Positions 24,286 through 35,556 of a stretch of DNA of 48,841 nt are shown here, piece by piece. Below the pieces are notes generated by a model, which saw only the letters and a list, made by a program, of their open reading frames with translations, was not told the origin of the DNA and ran no database searches. The position numbers and the translations under genes were made by a program. How positions within the stretch are numbered: the first letter of the stretch is position 1; each line of letters begins with the position of its first letter. Source of the stretch: Octopus bimaculoides (Eukaryota); assembly GCF_001194135.2 (NCBI RefSeq), contig NC_068985.1, forward strand, positions 114,213,573 through 114,262,413, read 5' to 3'.

Positions 24286-25310
24286 TATATATACATATAT
24301 ATATAAACATACATATATATTAGACACACACATGCATGAATAGAGTTTGTGTACTATGTGTGTGTGAATGGTGAATGTGTACGTTCATATATATGCATGT
24401 ACATGCATTGATGCATGTTAAGTGTAAATGAAAATGCAAATATATGTTTGGAAGTAAATATAAAACTAGGTTTGGCCATCATTTTATTTCGTAGTTTTTA
24501 TTTTATTTCTTTTAAATTCATTTATTTATTCTTCTTTAGATGACCTCAGGCACCAACACCACAGCCAACACCACCACTGCCACCCACCAACAACTTTGAC
24601 CTCAGAGACCTCTTCCCAGTCTGCTTCTGCTCCAGCTGACCTACAAGTGTGTGGAGATTAGGAATTCCTAAGTAGTCTATCTATAGTTTTGGCAGGAGTC
24701 CTCACCACTACTGCTTCTACCACCACCACCACCATCATCATCACTATCACCACTGCTGCCACCGCCAATACTGGAATTGTCTAAGGTTATTATTAGTCAG
24801 GAGTGCCAAATATCCGAAATGGAAGCAAAGAAAGAAGTAAAAAAAAGAGAATGAGCCAAGAAAGTTCACTCAGGAATTCATACAAAGTTTTTCACCTAAT
24901 CTATGTACTGATTTCACCTGAATGTAGTGACTGTTGTCATTGCAGTTGTAAACCTAGCTTGACTGGACTAAAGTACAAGAAATTTGTTACTTTATTATTT
25001 TTTTAATGTAATTCTGTCATGAGGGGGAGACAGATAAAGAGACAAAGAAGGAGGGGTTAGAGTCGACAATAGGTCACCAGACAACTAGGAAACAGGTTGG
25101 GAGTTTATATCCTGTCACAGACACAATGTTGCCCCAAGTCAGCTAAGACACCTACCAGTGTCTGATTAGGACCAGTTATAAAACTTAAAATATAATAGAA
25201 TCTACAGGTTTTCTAGTTTTGTTATAAGACGGAGAAGGTGAGGAGAAAGGTATGGCATCTGCAGGTCATCCAACTCTCTAGACAAGATTGATGAGGTTTT
25301 ATGTTCACCC

Positions 25311-25762
25311 TTAACCCCTTTGATACTAACCTGGTGGGGGTGGGGGCGGAGAAAGACCACCCCTGATTCCAGGATACAAATTTCCTGTTTTAAAGCAATC
25401 TAAATTAAAACCTTCCATCAAAATTCCATGTTAATTTATCTTCCAAACTCCAGCTTAACATTGGTTTCAAATTTTGGTACAAGGCCAGCAATTTTGGGGA
25501 ATCACATCGACCCCCAGTACTTAAATGATACTTATTTTATCAACACTGAAAGGATGAAAGGAAAAGTCGACCACAGTGGCATTTGAACTCGAGATGAATG
25601 AAATGCGGCTAAGCATTTTACCTGGTGCGGTAATGACTACCAGTTTGCTGCCCACCTCCGGCTTAGTACGGAGAGTTTCTTACTGAATTTTTCATTATTT
25701 TTTTAAAAGTAACTAAATAAAGGTAGCATATTTCAATAGAAATATGAAAACAAAAGGCTTAA
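25311..25762. mobile_element. MITE family E with piggyBac-like ends, interrupted by a family C SINE (25462-25659)
   Basis: ttaacccctttgatac ... acaaaaggcttaa. The body aaccttccatcaaaattccatgttaatttat is shared with 26455-26612, 28168-28670 and 45022-45880. Confidence 0.65.
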
Positions 25763-26981
25763 AGATCAGAGACTGCAGGAAAAAAAAGAAAAAATGTAGG
25801 TGGAAGCAGAATTGAAGAATAGAGTAATATCTCAGCAGTGAGATGCAGTATGGTTAGTAAAAGGAAGAATACGACACACACACACACACACACACACACA
25901 GAGGCTTTGGTGAAGAGGGTGTTTGCTGGTAGCTAGTTTAGCAGAGCAGCATATACTATCGTGATGAGACAGAGAACACTAGTGTATATACGAGCTTGTG
26001 TATTTGTAACAGACTGTCTTTTTGAAGTGGTTTAACCATTTTGATATCATCAACCTGCCAGAGACCGATCACTGGTTCTATGATACAAACTTCCTGCCTT
26101 TATACTTTGAATGCAGAAAACAGATATCAGCTCAAATTGTTTTATAACATTAGCCTATAGAAAGCAATTTTACCTGACAACTTTGGATAAACCTCTCCTG
26201 GTATGGAGAACAGTGGAGCACCCCATACAACTTTTTACAAAGGACAAGTTTTGCAGATTTTTTTTTTTCACGTATTTCATCAAATATCTCTTTACTGAAC
26301 AAGAATCAAATACTTTTAGAGGTGGATACAAAAAACATATCTACAGGAGATACTGAAAAAGTATTGCAAAAGCAGAAAATATTAGTTCTATCTTTTTGGT
26401 GGATATTTATTTAGCATCATGACAAGAATGACCATGAAATGTAATCACAGTAAAAAGGTTAAAGTGATCTGAATTCCCCGTTAATTTATGTTCCAAATAT
26501 GAGCTTAATTAACACTGACAAAATTATTTTAGTAAATTCTTCATTATTTTCAAAATTAATTAAAACAAAATCAGTGTGTTCAAAAACTGAAATATGTAAG
26601 AAAAGGGGTTAAAGGGATTTAAGTTGTTATTGTGAAGAATGTAGTAGAAAATGTAAATTCAAAGACACAGTGTTCAGCAACACCACAGTATTAATAAATT
26701 ATCTTTTTTTTTTTTCTTATATAGGTCCAAATCTGATTGGATTCCACAATGAGTTTGTATCACTAATACTCATTTCGTCATCTCTGAGAGATAAAAAGTA
26801 AAGTGAACTCTGAATGTAAATGGCCCGAACTAAATACTGCAAAGCATTTTTAGCTGGGAGCTCTCCACCATTTTTGTTGCAACACTACCACCCTAACATT
26901 AATGAGGATATTATTATCATTAAAAGTTGCTTAGTTTTCCTCGCGTTCAAGAACACATACATACATGCAAAACAAACAAAA

Positions 26982-27012
<31 letters not shown>

Positions 27013-27690
27013 AAACAGTAACAACAACAAATATACAAAAACAAATCTCTTTATAAGCAAAAACCAAGTTATGCAGTGCCGACCTAGTTTAATGGAAATG
27101 GCCAACTGCCAAATAACATCAAATCTTTCATGCAATAATAAAATTACTGGAGAATAAAGCCAGCAATTTTGATTTGCAGCAGCAACACTCACCGATTCCA
27201 GTACAGCGCTCTTTACAAAAATGTGCTCCCAATAGAATGGTGTGTTGATATACCACCCCACTTTATTAAGTCACAACTACCGCCACCCATTCTCAAACAC
27301 ATCACCGCTTCCTCCACACAGTTGCCATGTTTAGAAAATTATGTCCTCCGGGAGTGAGAACGTCTTACCCAATAACCCTCTGGTGAAGAGAAGAGACTCC
27401 CGCCACACCACTCTATTTCGCTTCACTTGCTCATCTCCAATCTCATCCTCATCTCCGTCTTAAGAATCTATCTTATTGACACTGCAAGCTTTGAGTTGGA
27501 AGAAATGGGACATTCTGGGGTCGTAAAGGGAAGGTGGGTTGGTGCCAGTTTTGGTGCTAATTCAGTCTTTTAAGTTAATAATACAGAGAAAGGATTCCAG
27601 GTTTTGAAGAGAAAATTGGGGAATGATAGACAAGATAATATGTTGGCTGAATTGAAGTGGATATTCACAAATTTGAATATCCACTTCAAA

Positions 27691-28006
27691 GCATAGCTCA
27701 GTGGTTAGGATATTCGGCTCATGAACATAAGGTTGTGAGTTCGAAAACCAGCAATGTGTTGTGTCCTTGAGCAGGCACTTTATTTGACCCTGCTCCATTT
27801 CACTCAGCTGGCAAAATGGGGAAGTGCATATAATTTAAAGGGCCAACCTTGTCACATTCTGTATCATGCTGAATCTTCTTGAAAACTAAGTTAACAGTAT
27901 GCATGTCTGTGGAGTGCTCAGTCACTTGCACTCCTAATTTCATGAGCAGGGTGTTCCATTGATTGGATCAACTGGAACCCTCGTTGTCATAACTGATGGA
28001 GTGCCA
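27691..28006 (+). mobile_element. tRNA-derived SINE family D, second tail type
   Basis: tagctcagtggttagg...gagttcgaa...ccttgagcaggcactttattt. Its tail is homologous to 4770-4950. Confidence 0.75.
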
Positions 28007-28167
28007 ATTCACAATTGTACATGTAAGTATGCTGGTGGTATGCTTGCATGTGTATGGTTCTTCTGTAGTTCAGTGGCAGTTATATAGTTAAACATTAAAA
28101 ATAGTGTGTTGGCAAGAACAGTAAGGCACCAGATTAAAATGTATGATAATCTACTGTATTTTGAGTT

Positions 28168-28670
28168 TGATCCTTTTGATACCACCTTGCTTAAGACCAC
28201 CATAGTTCTATGAAACAAACTTGCTGTTTTAACGTAATCATCAAAATTCTATGTTAATTTATGTTCTAAACACTAGTTTAATCACAAAAATGTTATTTCA
28301 CTAAAATATTTTGTTTAAATTCTTTATTTTTAACATTATTTGACACAAAGGCAGTGTATTTTAATATACATATAATATCATAAGGGTTAGAACGACATAA
28401 AACCTTCCAAGAAATTTTCATGTTAATTCATGTTTCAGACACCTGTTGAATAAATAATATTACATTGGAAATATGGTAAATAGGTGTTAAAATGATCTAA
28501 AAACCTGCCTTGAAAATTTTACATAAATTTATATTCTAAACACTTGCTTAACAATGACAAAAATATTTTACTAAATTCTTCACTATTCTAAAAATGAGTT
28601 GGCATAAAGGTAATATATTGCAACAAAAATATAGTAGCAAAAAAATTAAAGCAATCTAAAAACCCAAGAT
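28168..28670. repeat. Tandem array of about three partial MITE-E units
   Basis: The motif aaatt(c/t)(t/c)atgttaatt(t/c)atgtt(c/t)(t/c)a(a/g)acac recurs at about 28250, 28420 and 28525. Confidence 0.6.
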
Positions 28671-29149
28671 CAAAATCTCATGTTCATTTATGACAAATAT
28701 TTTCAGCAGATTGCAGTCAACAATTTGTTTGCTGAAATCATAAACAGGAGCCTGAAACTTATGCTAGATTCATCACACCGGGGTGCCTTGGCTGACAAGA
28801 CAGTGTCGTTGAAACACTGTGCTAATGAATCAAGTTTCACAAATATACCTTGTCATAATGGTTCTTGAGATGGACCACAACACTATTTGCCTACTCAGTT
28901 TTGAAGCAGTTGGAATATCGTAGGAATAAATATACCATCCATTGTCAATATGATTGTTATGCAATCTGAATTGTTCTGGAGTGGACATAATACTTTAATA
29001 CAACATCAAAAGAGAAATAGCAGCAAATACAACTCAGTAATATAATAGAAACATGTTTCCAAATTCTTTAATCTTAGAACAGTGGATGGAGTAATATTTT
29101 GTTTTAGTTAGATATTTTCATATTTTTCTTTTCCATGCTTGCATCTTTT

Positions 29150-29347
29150 ATCATTTACTTGTTTCAGTCATTATGCTGTGGCCATACTGGGGCACTACCT
29201 TGAAGGGTTCAGTTGAATAAATCAACATCACTACTGGTTTTCATCTATCAAATCCACTCTCAAGGCTTTGGTAGGCCTGGGGCTATAGTAGAAGACATAC
29301 ATGCCCAAGGTGCTGTGACGTAGAAATGAATCCAAGACCATCATGAT
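29150..29347 (-). mobile_element. SINE family A fragment (host of the permuted duplication)
   Basis: tttacttgtttcagtcatt...caaggctttggtaggcctggggctatagtagaagaca..tgcccaagg. Confidence 0.7.
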
Positions 29348-29587
29348 TGGAGTGCCAATTCACAATTGTACATGTAAGTATGCTGGTGGTATGCTTGCAT
29401 GTGTATGGTTCTTCTGTAGTTCAGTGGCAGTTATATAGTTAAACATTAAAAATAGTGTGTTGGCAAGAACAGTAAGGCTTCAGATTAAAATGTATGATAA
29501 TCTACTGTACTTTGAATTTAACCCTTTTGATACCAGGCTGTTCCGTTGATTGGATCAACTGGAACCCTCGTTGTCATAACTGATGGA
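29348..29587 (+). repeat. Circularly permuted copy of 27949-28184
   Basis: 29348-29535 = 27997-28184 (6 mismatches). 29536-29587 = 27949-28000 (2 mismatches). Confidence 0.9.
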
Positions 29588-30039
29588 ATAGCTGGTTCTC
29601 TTTTACTCTTTCTTTCTCCTATTCCTTTTCTTCTACTTTCAGTAAAAGCAGGCATTTGAAATCAAGGAGAGTTATGGGCCTTGCTTAGGAGTATAATAAA
29701 AATGGCATTATTTATTAGTAGCTGTAGCATCACCAGTGGTAGCAGGAGTAAACTGTGGGAAACGTAAGGTAAGGCACGAAGAGAAGGTTGTTTGCTTTTA
29801 CAGAACAAGATGACAGTTAACCTTTCAATAAAACATGGGTTTGTTTTCATTATTTTTCTTGCTTTTTTTTGCTTTTGTTCTTTTTCCCTCCATTGTTGGA
29901 AGTAAACAAATAAAATAATACGCAAAAGAATTTAAACTGATCCTAATTAAAAGAGGCCCCTGATAGTGAGTGGAGTGGGGAGGGGGAGACTAAGATTTTC
30001 TGTAAATGGTAAAGGGTAGAAAATGCTTCACAGAATCTT

Positions 30040-30243
30040 TAGATATGCATAGGGATAGAGAGAGAGAGACGGGAGCAGAGGATAAAGGGAAGAATAAGGG
30101 AAGAGAGAAAGAAAGAGATAAGGAGACACAGCGGGGTGGGGGGAAGGTTTGAGAGAGTGAGAGAGAGAGAATAAAAAGAGAGAGAGAATAAAAAGAGAGA
30201 CAGAGATGGATGGAAGAGATACGAGAGAGAGGGGGAGAGAGAA

Positions 30244-30274
<31 letters not shown>

Positions 30275-30281
30275 GAGAGAC

Positions 30282-30312
<31 letters not shown>

Positions 30313-30410
30313 CAGAGAGATAGACAGAGAGACAGAGAGACAGAGAAAGAGAAGGACAGAGGGGGAGGGAAAAATATGAGAAAGATAGAGACAGAGATGT
30401 AGAAAAAGTC
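30040..30410. repeat. Polypurine (GA)n/(GACA)n tract
   Basis: Directly visible. Confidence 0.95.
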
Positions 30411-30965
30411 TTCAAATTGTTGCTGATTACTTTGGGGTGGGGACGATGTATGGAAATGATGGTGTTGAAATATCAGTTGTTTAAACCCAGGTCAGATCTG
30501 ATCCAGCAGGCTTATAATTAAAGATGATTCATTTGTGATCATTTATTTATTTATTTATTTAAATATTTTCAGACATATTTAGAACTACATATCTTTGTCT
30601 CAAATTTCCAATTTTTTTTTTTAAAGAAAGGCATAATTTGAAAGACATTTAACTGCTATTTCTAACAGATGAAAAACCTACCCGATAGAATAAGTACTAG
30701 GCTTACAAAGAATAAGTCCTGGGGTCGATTTGCCCAACTAAATGTGGTGCTCCAGCATGGCTGCAGTCAAATGACTGAAACAAGTAAAAGAGTATAGACT
30801 CATTTTTCTTGTTTTCTGACTCTCATTTCTGGGTAACGTATCTTTCCAGAAAACACTTTATTTTATTGCATGTTTTCTGTCTGCATTACATTTGAAAGAA
30901 ATTCTGAATGCTAAAGGGGTAGATTGAATTTGGGCAAAAAGAATTTTTAGAAAGTGAAACTTTTA

Positions 30966-31178
30966 GGTGTAGGCGTAGCTGTGTGGTTAGAAGTTTGCTT
31001 CCCAACCACATGATGCTGTGTTCAGTCCCACTGCATGGCACTTCGATCAAGTGTCTTCCACTATAGCCTCAGGTCAACCAAAGCCTTGTGAGTGAATTTA
31101 GCAGACAGAAACTGAAAGAAGTCCATCATATCTGCCTGTCTGTCTGTCTATAAATATATATATATATATCATCATCAT

Positions 31179-31225
<47 letters not shown>

Positions 31226-31450
31226 ATATATGCATGTGTGTTTTTCTGTCTCCCACCAATACTTGACAACTGGTGTTAGTGTGTTTACATTTCCGTAACT
31301 TAGCAATTTGGCAAAAGAGACCAATAGAATAAGTACCAGGTTTAAAATATAAAAAAAGTATTGGTGTCAATTAGTTTGACTAAAAGATTGCTGAAGACGG
31401 TGCCCCAGCATGGCTGCAGTCTAATGACTGAAACAAGTAACAGATAAAAG
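30966..31450 (+). mobile_element. SINE family A, ending about 60 bp from the plexin donor site (antisense to the gene)
   Basis: Head, core, central microsatellite and tail are all recognisable. Confidence 0.8.
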
Positions 31451-31507
31451 ATTAAAAAATTGTATAAAATTTCAAAAACAAATTTTGTAAAAACAAAAAA
31501 AACTTAC

Positions 31508-32641
31508 CGTTTTTTGGCACAAAGTAGACTTTGTAAGATGTTCAGGACCAATATTTCCAAGTCCTTTGAAACACTGGCGAATGTTTTGGGTAAATATTTT
31601 CCTAACAATCCGCATTGGATAAATGCAAAGTGCTGATCGAGGCTGTGGTTCCAGTTTGTTAGTCTGTCCATGAGAAAATACAGCATAAAGAACATCTTCC
31701 GTAGTGGGAATTCCAAGATTTTGTGCCAAAGTGCTGCCTGCTTTAGCAAGATAGGCAGCTTGCACTAAATTATACACCCTGCTGCTTCCACACTTGAAGG
31801 ATAGTTCTGCATAAGAGTAGAAATTTTTGTCATTTTGGCAAACCCGGAAGATCTTCGAAGCATAACGCTCATCTTGGGTATTGGCTTTCTGCACTGTCAA
31901 CATATAACTGAATTTCTCAGAGCTGAAGCCATATATGTAGTTCACTTTGAATGTTTCTCTATGTTGGGTTTCAATTTCTTTTTTGGAACTCTGCTCCACA
32001 GGGCTTTTGTATGCAATTTCAAAATTGTCGAGATTGCGAATACAGAAGGCTGGCACTAGATCGCGGTATATCCTTAATCCAATATTGGTTCTGGTTGCAC
32101 CAACATACAATACGTTGGGCTGAACACCATTTCCTTGGCTTGGTCCTGGTGCAATAAAAGCAAAAGTAGTTGCATTCAGGCTGTTAGCAACAACCGGGTT
32201 GGAGAGCGGTTTGTTGGTGTTACTGATGGACATGTTGGCAAGGTACCTTTTTTCACATATACCATGGAACTGGGTTGAGCAAGCAATCAGTTCCTGTGAT
32301 GCATAGTTCACAACGAGAACTTTGTTGTAAGTATCAGTAAATTGTCCAGACTCACAGGAATATTTTTGTGGTGGACACTGCGGACTGCTCTTTACTGGTC
32401 CGGTAGACACATTAATTTCCTCCTTTAAGTCGGAAGAAAGTTGAAAGAGTCTGTTAACGGCACCAACATAGATTTTGCCGGTATTTTTATTAACGACATA
32501 ATGATTCATGGTGGAACCATTTTTAGAGCTTTGGAAACTGCTTACAATGTAATCGCCACTGACATACAGCAGTGGCATCACCAAAACTAAAAAGGCCACA
32601 TTACGCCACATCCTAAGAGAGGCATATACAACTCCCTTCAT
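31508..32641 (-). CDS. plexA: First coding exon of a plexin-A-like receptor (signal peptide + most of the Sema domain, 378 codons); gene continues beyond the donor at 31507
   Basis: The ORF has plexin Sema-domain motifs: GKIYVGAVNRLFQLSSDL, TGPVKSSPQC, NKVLVV..ELIAC...HGIC, VVAN..ATTFAFIAPGP..VLYVGAT, SKIFRVCQNDKNFYSYAELSFKC, YNLVQAAYLAKAGS.LA..LGI..EDVLYAVFS, SALCIY.MR.VR.IF.QNIRQCFKG. A hydrophobic signal peptide MWRNVAFLVLVMPLLYVSG is present. The acceptor is tattcttttattttctttctatttaacag|G (exon starts 32651). The donor is ACG|GTAAGT (exon ends 31508, phase 0). The last 11 aa of the listed ORF are intronic read-through. The A-subfamily call rests on remembered similarity to Drosophila PlexA motifs. 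Confidence 0.93.
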
Positions 32642-32651
32642 CTAATAAGAC
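32642..32651 (-). other. 10-nt 5' UTR portion of the plexin exon; implies an upstream non-coding exon
   Basis: The CAG acceptor lies at 32654-32652 after a polypyrimidine tract. An in-frame TAG (32644-32642) sits immediately before ATG 32641. Confidence 0.8.
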
Positions 32652-32779
32652 CTGTTAAATAGAAAGAAAATAAAAGAATATTAGATCATTTGTAACATAA
32701 TGGTGAAAGGACAAAAATAAAAATATAAATGTATGTCAATATAAAAAATATATATAACAAATTAATATTACCAATACAT

Positions 32780-33900
32780 TAAGGTGGTAAGCTGGAAGAA
32801 TCATTAGCATGTAAGGCAAAATTTTCAGCAGCAGTTCATCCATCTTTATGGTCTGAGTTCAAATTTCGCTGCTGTTGATATTACCTTGCATCCTTTTGGG
32901 GTTGATAAAATAAGTATCAGTCGAGCAATGGGGCTGATGAAATTGACTTATCCCTCTCCAGAAACTACTGACCTTGGGCTAAAATTTGAAACCAATATTA
33001 CCCAATACATCTAAGGTGATGTGCTGGCAGAATCGTTAGCATGCCATACAAAATACTTGGCAGCATTTTGTCCATTTTGGAGGGAGAAGAAGTTGATTAC
33101 ATCAACTCAGTGCTCAAATGGTATTTTACTTTAATAACCCTCAAAAAAAAAAAAAAGAAAAAAAAAATGAAAGGTAAAGTTGATCTTGGTGGAATTTGAA
33201 CTCAAATCATAAAAAGCTGGAAGAAATTTCACTGAGCCTTTTTGTCCTGCATACTTATGATTCTGCCAGCTCACTGCCTTAATGATAATAATACCAAGGA
33301 CAACAATCCTTTCTAATACAGGCACAACCCCCAAAATTTGGGTAATAGGGGAGGGCTAGACAATTACATCAAGCCCGGTGCTCAACTGGTACTCATTGCA
33401 TGGACCCTGAGAGGATGAAAGGCAGAGATGAGGCTGGCAGAAGTTGAACTCAGAATGTATAACTGGAAAAAATACCACTAAGTGTTTTCTCCAGCATGCT
33501 CATGATTCTGTCAGCTCACCACCTAAATACTATTACTACCTCGCTTTCGTGGTCCATTTACCTCAAACCCAAGCACCCTCCTCACAACATGCTCCTCATC
33601 CCTCCTCAACACATACCCATACCACTGCACTCCATGCACCCTTGCCAGCCATTCCACCGATTCCTCAAGGCCCAGCATCCCCATCAAGTAAGTCCTCGGT
33701 TCTCCACTTATCAATCAGTTTTACACTACACACCAAAACAGCTCAACAGGTACTTATTTTATCAACTCCAACAGGAAGACGGGCAGAGCCAACCTTGACG
33801 GCACTTGAACTCAGAACATAAAATTGGAAGAAATGGTGCTGAGTACTTTTACTTTGTCCAATGTGCTAATGGTGCTGCCAACTTGCCACCTTAACAACAG
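32780..33900. mobile_element. Cluster of about six family C SINE copies/fragments in both orientations
   Basis: Plus-strand copies at 32780-32993 and 33013-33070. Minus-strand copies at 33062-33270, 33305-33505 and 33718-33895. Others at about 20880-21000, 21163-21400, 25462-25659, 36925-37100, 37310-37470, 43352-43470, 43505-43685 and 46430-46620. Confidence 0.75.
33535..33712 (-). mobile_element. RTE-type LINE ORF2 C-terminal fragment
   Basis: The translation LMGMLGLEESVEWLARVHGVQWYGYVLRRDEEHVVRRVLGFEVNGPRKR resembles the RTE C-terminal (LRWxGHVxR...GxRxRGRP) motif. Confidence 0.7.
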
Positions 33901-34914
33901 CAACAACAAAAACAACAATAAAAATAATAATGTATTAAAATAGTGGAGGTGAATAAAATGTCGATTATTGATGATATTGGTTGGTATAGTTGCAGTTTAA
34001 GTTAATGTTATGGTCTAAAGGAGCCTGAAAGTCCAGCTTTATTTCTCTTACATATTCATCAATAAATATGGAACAGTAACAACACACACATACACACACT
34101 CACTCTAAAAGGAAACAGTGAAGAGTAAAAAATAAAATAAAAAGAAAAGTACTCTTTGCTCATCAGACCATAAAAGATTCTTCTTTCCCTGCTACCATAC
34201 CCCTTCTCCACCCTCCCCTCCACCAGATCAGTTTCCCCATCAAAGCCCAACATCGGAAAAAAAAAAAAAAAGTTATTTGATCTGTAACAAAAAAAAAAGC
34301 AATAAGTTATTAGTGGTAGTGGTAGCAGAAGCAGCAATAGTAAAAGTAGTAGCAGTAGTGGTGGTGATGGTGGTGGCAGTAATGGCGCTGGTAGTAGTGG
34401 TAGTAGTAATACTAATGGTGGTGGTGGTCTCCTTAAGAATAAAAACATCAGTCTCCAGTTTTATGATGTGGGAGAAAGGGGGTGGGGTGAGAAGAAAAAG
34501 AAAAGAAAGTCACAGTTGCTTTAGTTCCTTTCAATATTATGAACCCCTCATTTACATATGAACCCATTAAAAAGGGGACAGGATTGTTACATAAAAAAGT
34601 GGGGTGATAGGGCAGGGCAGAGTGAGACAGATGGTCATATAATGGAATCAAGTTAAAATTTCTTAGAGACATTGAACGATGATGATGATGATGATGATAG
34701 GGGTGACATAATTGAGTAAATTGATCCTTAGTATATAACTGGTTTTTATTTCATTAAACCAAGAGGGAACAACACTACTAGTCAGCCCCAGTATGTCTGT
34801 ATGTATACCAAGTGACCAAGACTTGACAATTTGCTGTGCTTGAGAAGACATGTGAAGCTATGCAGTTGTGGACAGTAGGCACTTGTGCTGGTGACATGTA
34901 CATGGCAATCCATG

Positions 34915-35002
34915 CGTGCAGGAGTGGCTGTGTGGTAAGAAGCTTGCTTTCCAACCACATGGTTCCAGGTTCAGTTCCACTGCACCTTGGACATGTCAGT
35001 CG

Positions 35003-35048
<46 letters not shown>

Positions 35049-35370
35049 CACACACATATATGTTTGTGTGTCTGTGTTTTCCCCTCACCATCACTTGACA
35101 ACCGATGTTGGTGTGTTTACATCCCCTTAACTTAGCTAGGCTTACAAAGAATAAGTCNNNNNNNNNNATATATATATATATACATACACACACATATATG
35201 TTTGTGTGTCTGTGTTTTCCCCTCACCATCACTTGACAACCGATGTTGGTGTGTTTACATCCCCTTAACTTAGCTAGGCTTACAAAGAATAAGTCATGGG
35301 ATCGATTTGTTCAACTAAAGTGTTGCTCCAGCATGGCCACAGTCAAATGACTGAAACAAGGAAAAGAATA
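34915..35370 (+). mobile_element. SINE family A with internal deletion and a gap-spanning assembly duplication
   Basis: The head ggagtggctgtgtggtaagaagcttgct and tail gactgaaacaagg are present. A block of about 130 bp is repeated across the N10 at 35158-35167. Confidence 0.8.
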
Positions 35371-35374
35371 AAGG

Positions 35375-35439
<65 letters not shown>

Positions 35440-35556
35440 GTTTCTCTGTAGCAATAGATGAACACTACTGTAAGCAAGAGGAGCAGTCATTTTCTGTATT
35501 GAGAGTATAACACAGGGAGGCTGACTAAGCATCCATCACTGACAATTTCCTTTACT

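Noticed and set aside
31472-31507. C-terminal VSFFCFYKICF of the 389-aa ORF
   Set aside because: It lies after the GTAAGT donor, so it is intronic read-through and not part of the canonical protein.
34140-34175. CUGAUGAG on the minus strand; other CUGANGA words at about 8957, 19219, 22409, 23213, 32935, 42385
   Set aside because: For the 34140-34175 site I found no correctly placed GAAA or stems. The other words showed no obvious hammerhead context by eye and were not folded exhaustively.
35028-35296. Exact ~130-bp tandem duplication inside a SINE
   Set aside because: The two identical copies flank a 10-N gap, which is typical of unmerged contig overlap.
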